A model generated the notes under the pieces. That model was not told where the DNA came from. It made no database searches and was given only the letters and a program-made list of their open reading frames with translations. The position numbers and the translations under genes were made by a program. DNA of 64,000 nt from an uncultured Verrucomicrobiales bacterium (lineage in GTDB: Bacteria > Verrucomicrobiota > Verrucomicrobiia > Verrucomicrobiales > DEV007). Positions 61,951 to 64,000 of this stretch are shown here, piece after piece. The stretch is from NCBI GenBank assembly GCA_938091905.1, contig CALKOM010000014.1, forward strand, positions 15,072 through 79,071, in the 5' to 3' direction. Position 1 is the first letter of the stretch. The number at the start of each line of letters is the position of its first letter.

Positions 61951-64000
61951 TTACTGGTCAGGCGTCTCGTAGCGCAGGCGAAAAAAGCGTTGATCAGGTT
62001 GCTCACGCTGCACTGAGATCGTCTCAAGTCTCACGGACGGATCAAACCAGCCTAGGTCACGGTTGGTCGGATCCAAGATCACCTCGGCTTCCCAACTATC
62101 ACTAGTCAACGAATCACTACTTTCCAAGATCGTAGCTCGTCCCGAATAGCGCGCCACTCGGGCCCGAACATGGCTCCTCCCGATAGACCACAAAGGATCT
62201 AACCCTGTCAAATAATCGCTCGGCGTCCCCAGGCCCCAGGAACCGTCAGCCAATCGCACCGCAGCTTCGTCCGATGCCAACCTTGGCGTTCCAACCCAAT
62301 CCACCAGGGTCCGCGCGCCCATTTCTCCAGGAAGCGTCAGATAGATCGTGTCCCCCTTCTTGCGTAGTGGGAAAGAGGCGGCCAGGCCGTTCAAGAGCTT
62401 GTCAGCAAAGTAGATTCGTTGCGTTGCACCCGGCTCTAACATCCCCGTCGCTGGCAAAACGTAATCATCTCGGCCGTCACTGAAAAAATTCTGGGTCACG
62501 GTCAATCCCTGCAAGTCAATCGCCGCACCACCATCATTCCGCAGAGTGATGTAGTCTGGCGTGATGTTCCAATCTTCGAGATCGTCAAAGGTCATCGTCT
62601 CGTTATCCGTGACGACCTCAACAATCTTGAGCTGTCCGGCAAGGAGTTGGCTCGTTCCAAACGTGTAGACCATTTCAAGCTGTTGGCGGTTCACCGCAAA
62701 GATCGGATCACGTGGTCGGTAGGTGTTCTTGTTATTAAGGTCCGTCGCTTCCACATAAAACTGCACTTCCTCACCTTCCGCCATTGCCGGGAACTCCCCC
62801 GCAAAGAAGCCGTCCAGCACCTCGCCGTCGCCGTGCTGCCCATCATCATAGAGCACCACACGCTGGGTTTCTTGCAATGGATTCGTCAGTGATTTGCACA
62901 CCATACTGAGCGCGATGACGCCCACATCATCATTGGCCCGTGCGGTGACGCGGAACGATTGGTTAGGCTTCATTTCAGAGAAATCAACGCCCTTAAAGAA
63001 GACAGAAGGCTCCAACTCACCATTATCGATATTCGTCGAGTCAATGTCTGGAAACATGTTGTGACGGAAAGCATCCACACCATCCTGATAACGAGCGAAC
63101 GAGATGTTCTGCTCCATCGGCGGGTAGGTCACGCGATCTAGCTGATTTCCTTCGGCATCAAGTAGTTCCAGAGTCGTCCCATCTGCAGGCAACTTAAATC
63201 CCGTGTGCAGGTGAGACTGCTCTACCCGAGTGCTACAGAACAACGTTAGACGATCCTTGGGCCCCATCAAGCCCGCCGCAAACGTGTACTCTTGGATCTC
63301 CTCATCCTTGGTATCTGCATTGTCAATCCGGCGCAGCTTCCAGTCCCTCATGTCGAGCGCGTGATCCAAGCCATTGAAGATCTCCACACAGTCCGGCGTC
63401 TCAGACCGCGATTCGTCGAAGCGGTAGCGGTTATTGCTCGGTAGGATTTCATTGATCACCACCTGCGGCATGGGCGGCCTCTTCGGTGAACCCGTGTAAG
63501 GCGCACCGGCCTCGGGCGAACGACTGCTCAAGGCAATCCACAAGGCATCGCCCGAACCGACCAAATCAGTAAGACCATCACCATCTACATCGCCAGATCG
63601 GATAAACGCTCCAGCCGGAACATCCACCGTAATGGCAGGATCAAACGCGCCTTCAGAGTCACCCTTCAAAATGGTGACACACGAAAGGATGCGGCAAGAC
63701 ACTGCTAGATCATCGATCCCATCGCCATCCATGTCGCCCTGCGTCAAACTTGAGGCGGGGAAATCGGTTCCCTTCAAGGGCTCCTTCTGCGGCACAAAGG
63801 AACCACCTCCCCCACCTAACAAGAGCATTACACCTTTACCACTTCCTACTAGCAAATCCAGATCCCCGTCACCGTTCGTGTCAGACGCTGTGATCTCACG
63901 CGTTCCAAACTTGCCCTGGGAGGCCGGTGGATAGTCATAACGCTTGCCCGTCTTCTCCAAGAGATTGCCATCGCTCACATGCACCACCACATCACCAGCA
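61951..64000 (-). CDS. Large secreted/surface protein: FG-GAP repeats, lamin-tail domains and a choice-of-anchor-X-like segment; 5'-truncated
   Basis: DxxGDGxxDL repeats, VVINEI...DCVEIFN, LYDDGQHGD...DG, and a C-terminal LESSDSL...W...RFFRL. Confidence 0.75.
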   Translation of the reverse strand, partial: AGDVVVHVSDGNLLEKTGKRYDYPPASQGKFGTREITASDTNGDGDLDLLVGSGKGVMLLLGGGGGSFVPQKEPLKGTDFPASSLTQGDMDGDGIDDLAVSCRILSCVTILKGDSEGAFDPAITVDVPAGAFIRSGDVDGDGLTDLVGSGDALWIALSSRSPEAGAPYTGSPKRPPMPQVVINEILPSNNRYRFDESRSETPDCVEIFNGLDHALDMRDWKLRRIDNADTKDEEIQEYTFAAGLMGPKDRLTLFCSTRVEQSHLHTGFKLPADGTTLELLDAEGNQLDRVTYPPMEQNISFARYQDGVDAFRHNMFPDIDSTNIDNGELEPSVFFKGVDFSEMKPNQSFRVTARANDDVGVIALSMVCKSLTNPLQETQRVVLYDDGQHGDGEVLDGFFAGEFPAMAEGEEVQFYVEATDLNNKNTYRPRDPIFAVNRQQLEMVYTFGTSQLLAGQLKIVEVVTDNETMTFDDLEDWNITPDYITLRNDGGAAIDLQGLTVTQNFFSDGRDDYVLPATGMLEPGATQRIYFADKLLNGLAASFPLRKKGDTIYLTLPGEMGARTLVDWVGTPRLASDEAAVRLADGSWGLGTPSDYLTGLDPLWSIGRSHVRARVARYSGRATILESSDSLTSDSWEAEVILDPTNRDLGWFDPSVRLETISVQREQPDQRFFRLRYETPDQ

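Noticed and set aside
1..64000. Genome-wide stop-codon reassignment as an explanation for the in-frame stops
   Set aside because: All three stop types interrupt the broken genes, together with frameshifts. TGA correctly ends rph, thrB, trpG and folE2, and TAG ends rpmG.

Overview
Bacterial genomic window, most likely from a Verrucomicrobiota (Verrucomicrobiales-like) genome. This is inferred from an Amuc_1098-type secretin, Verrucomicrobia-type bL33/bS18, DUF1592/DUF1552 and DUF1080/ThuA genes. Intact housekeeping genes (trpE/trpG, birA, lpxK, thrB, rph, RluA-family synthase, ispH, folE2, rpsR, rpmG, rpmJ, recF, Fe3+ ABC transporter) are interleaved with many decayed accessory genes (vanadium haloperoxidase, a two-component pair, a TPR-ankyrin protein, a DUF1592/DUF1552 cluster, a mini-secretin and others). 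Two things stand out. (1) A probable exported selenoprotein at 6035..7699, which the ORF track splits in two. An in-frame TGA in the motif GHPCGET-U is followed by a bacterial SECIS-like hairpin, and an orphan senB selenosugar synthase lies 3.6 kb away. (2) A three-gene operon resembling arfABC: a BON/OmpA protein, a small membrane protein, and a membrane-anchored 1351-aa protein carrying 12 tandem helix-hairpin-helix (COG3743-like) repeats. No rRNA, tRNA, CRISPR array or mobile element was recognised. All family assignments come from motif recognition by eye, not from database searches.
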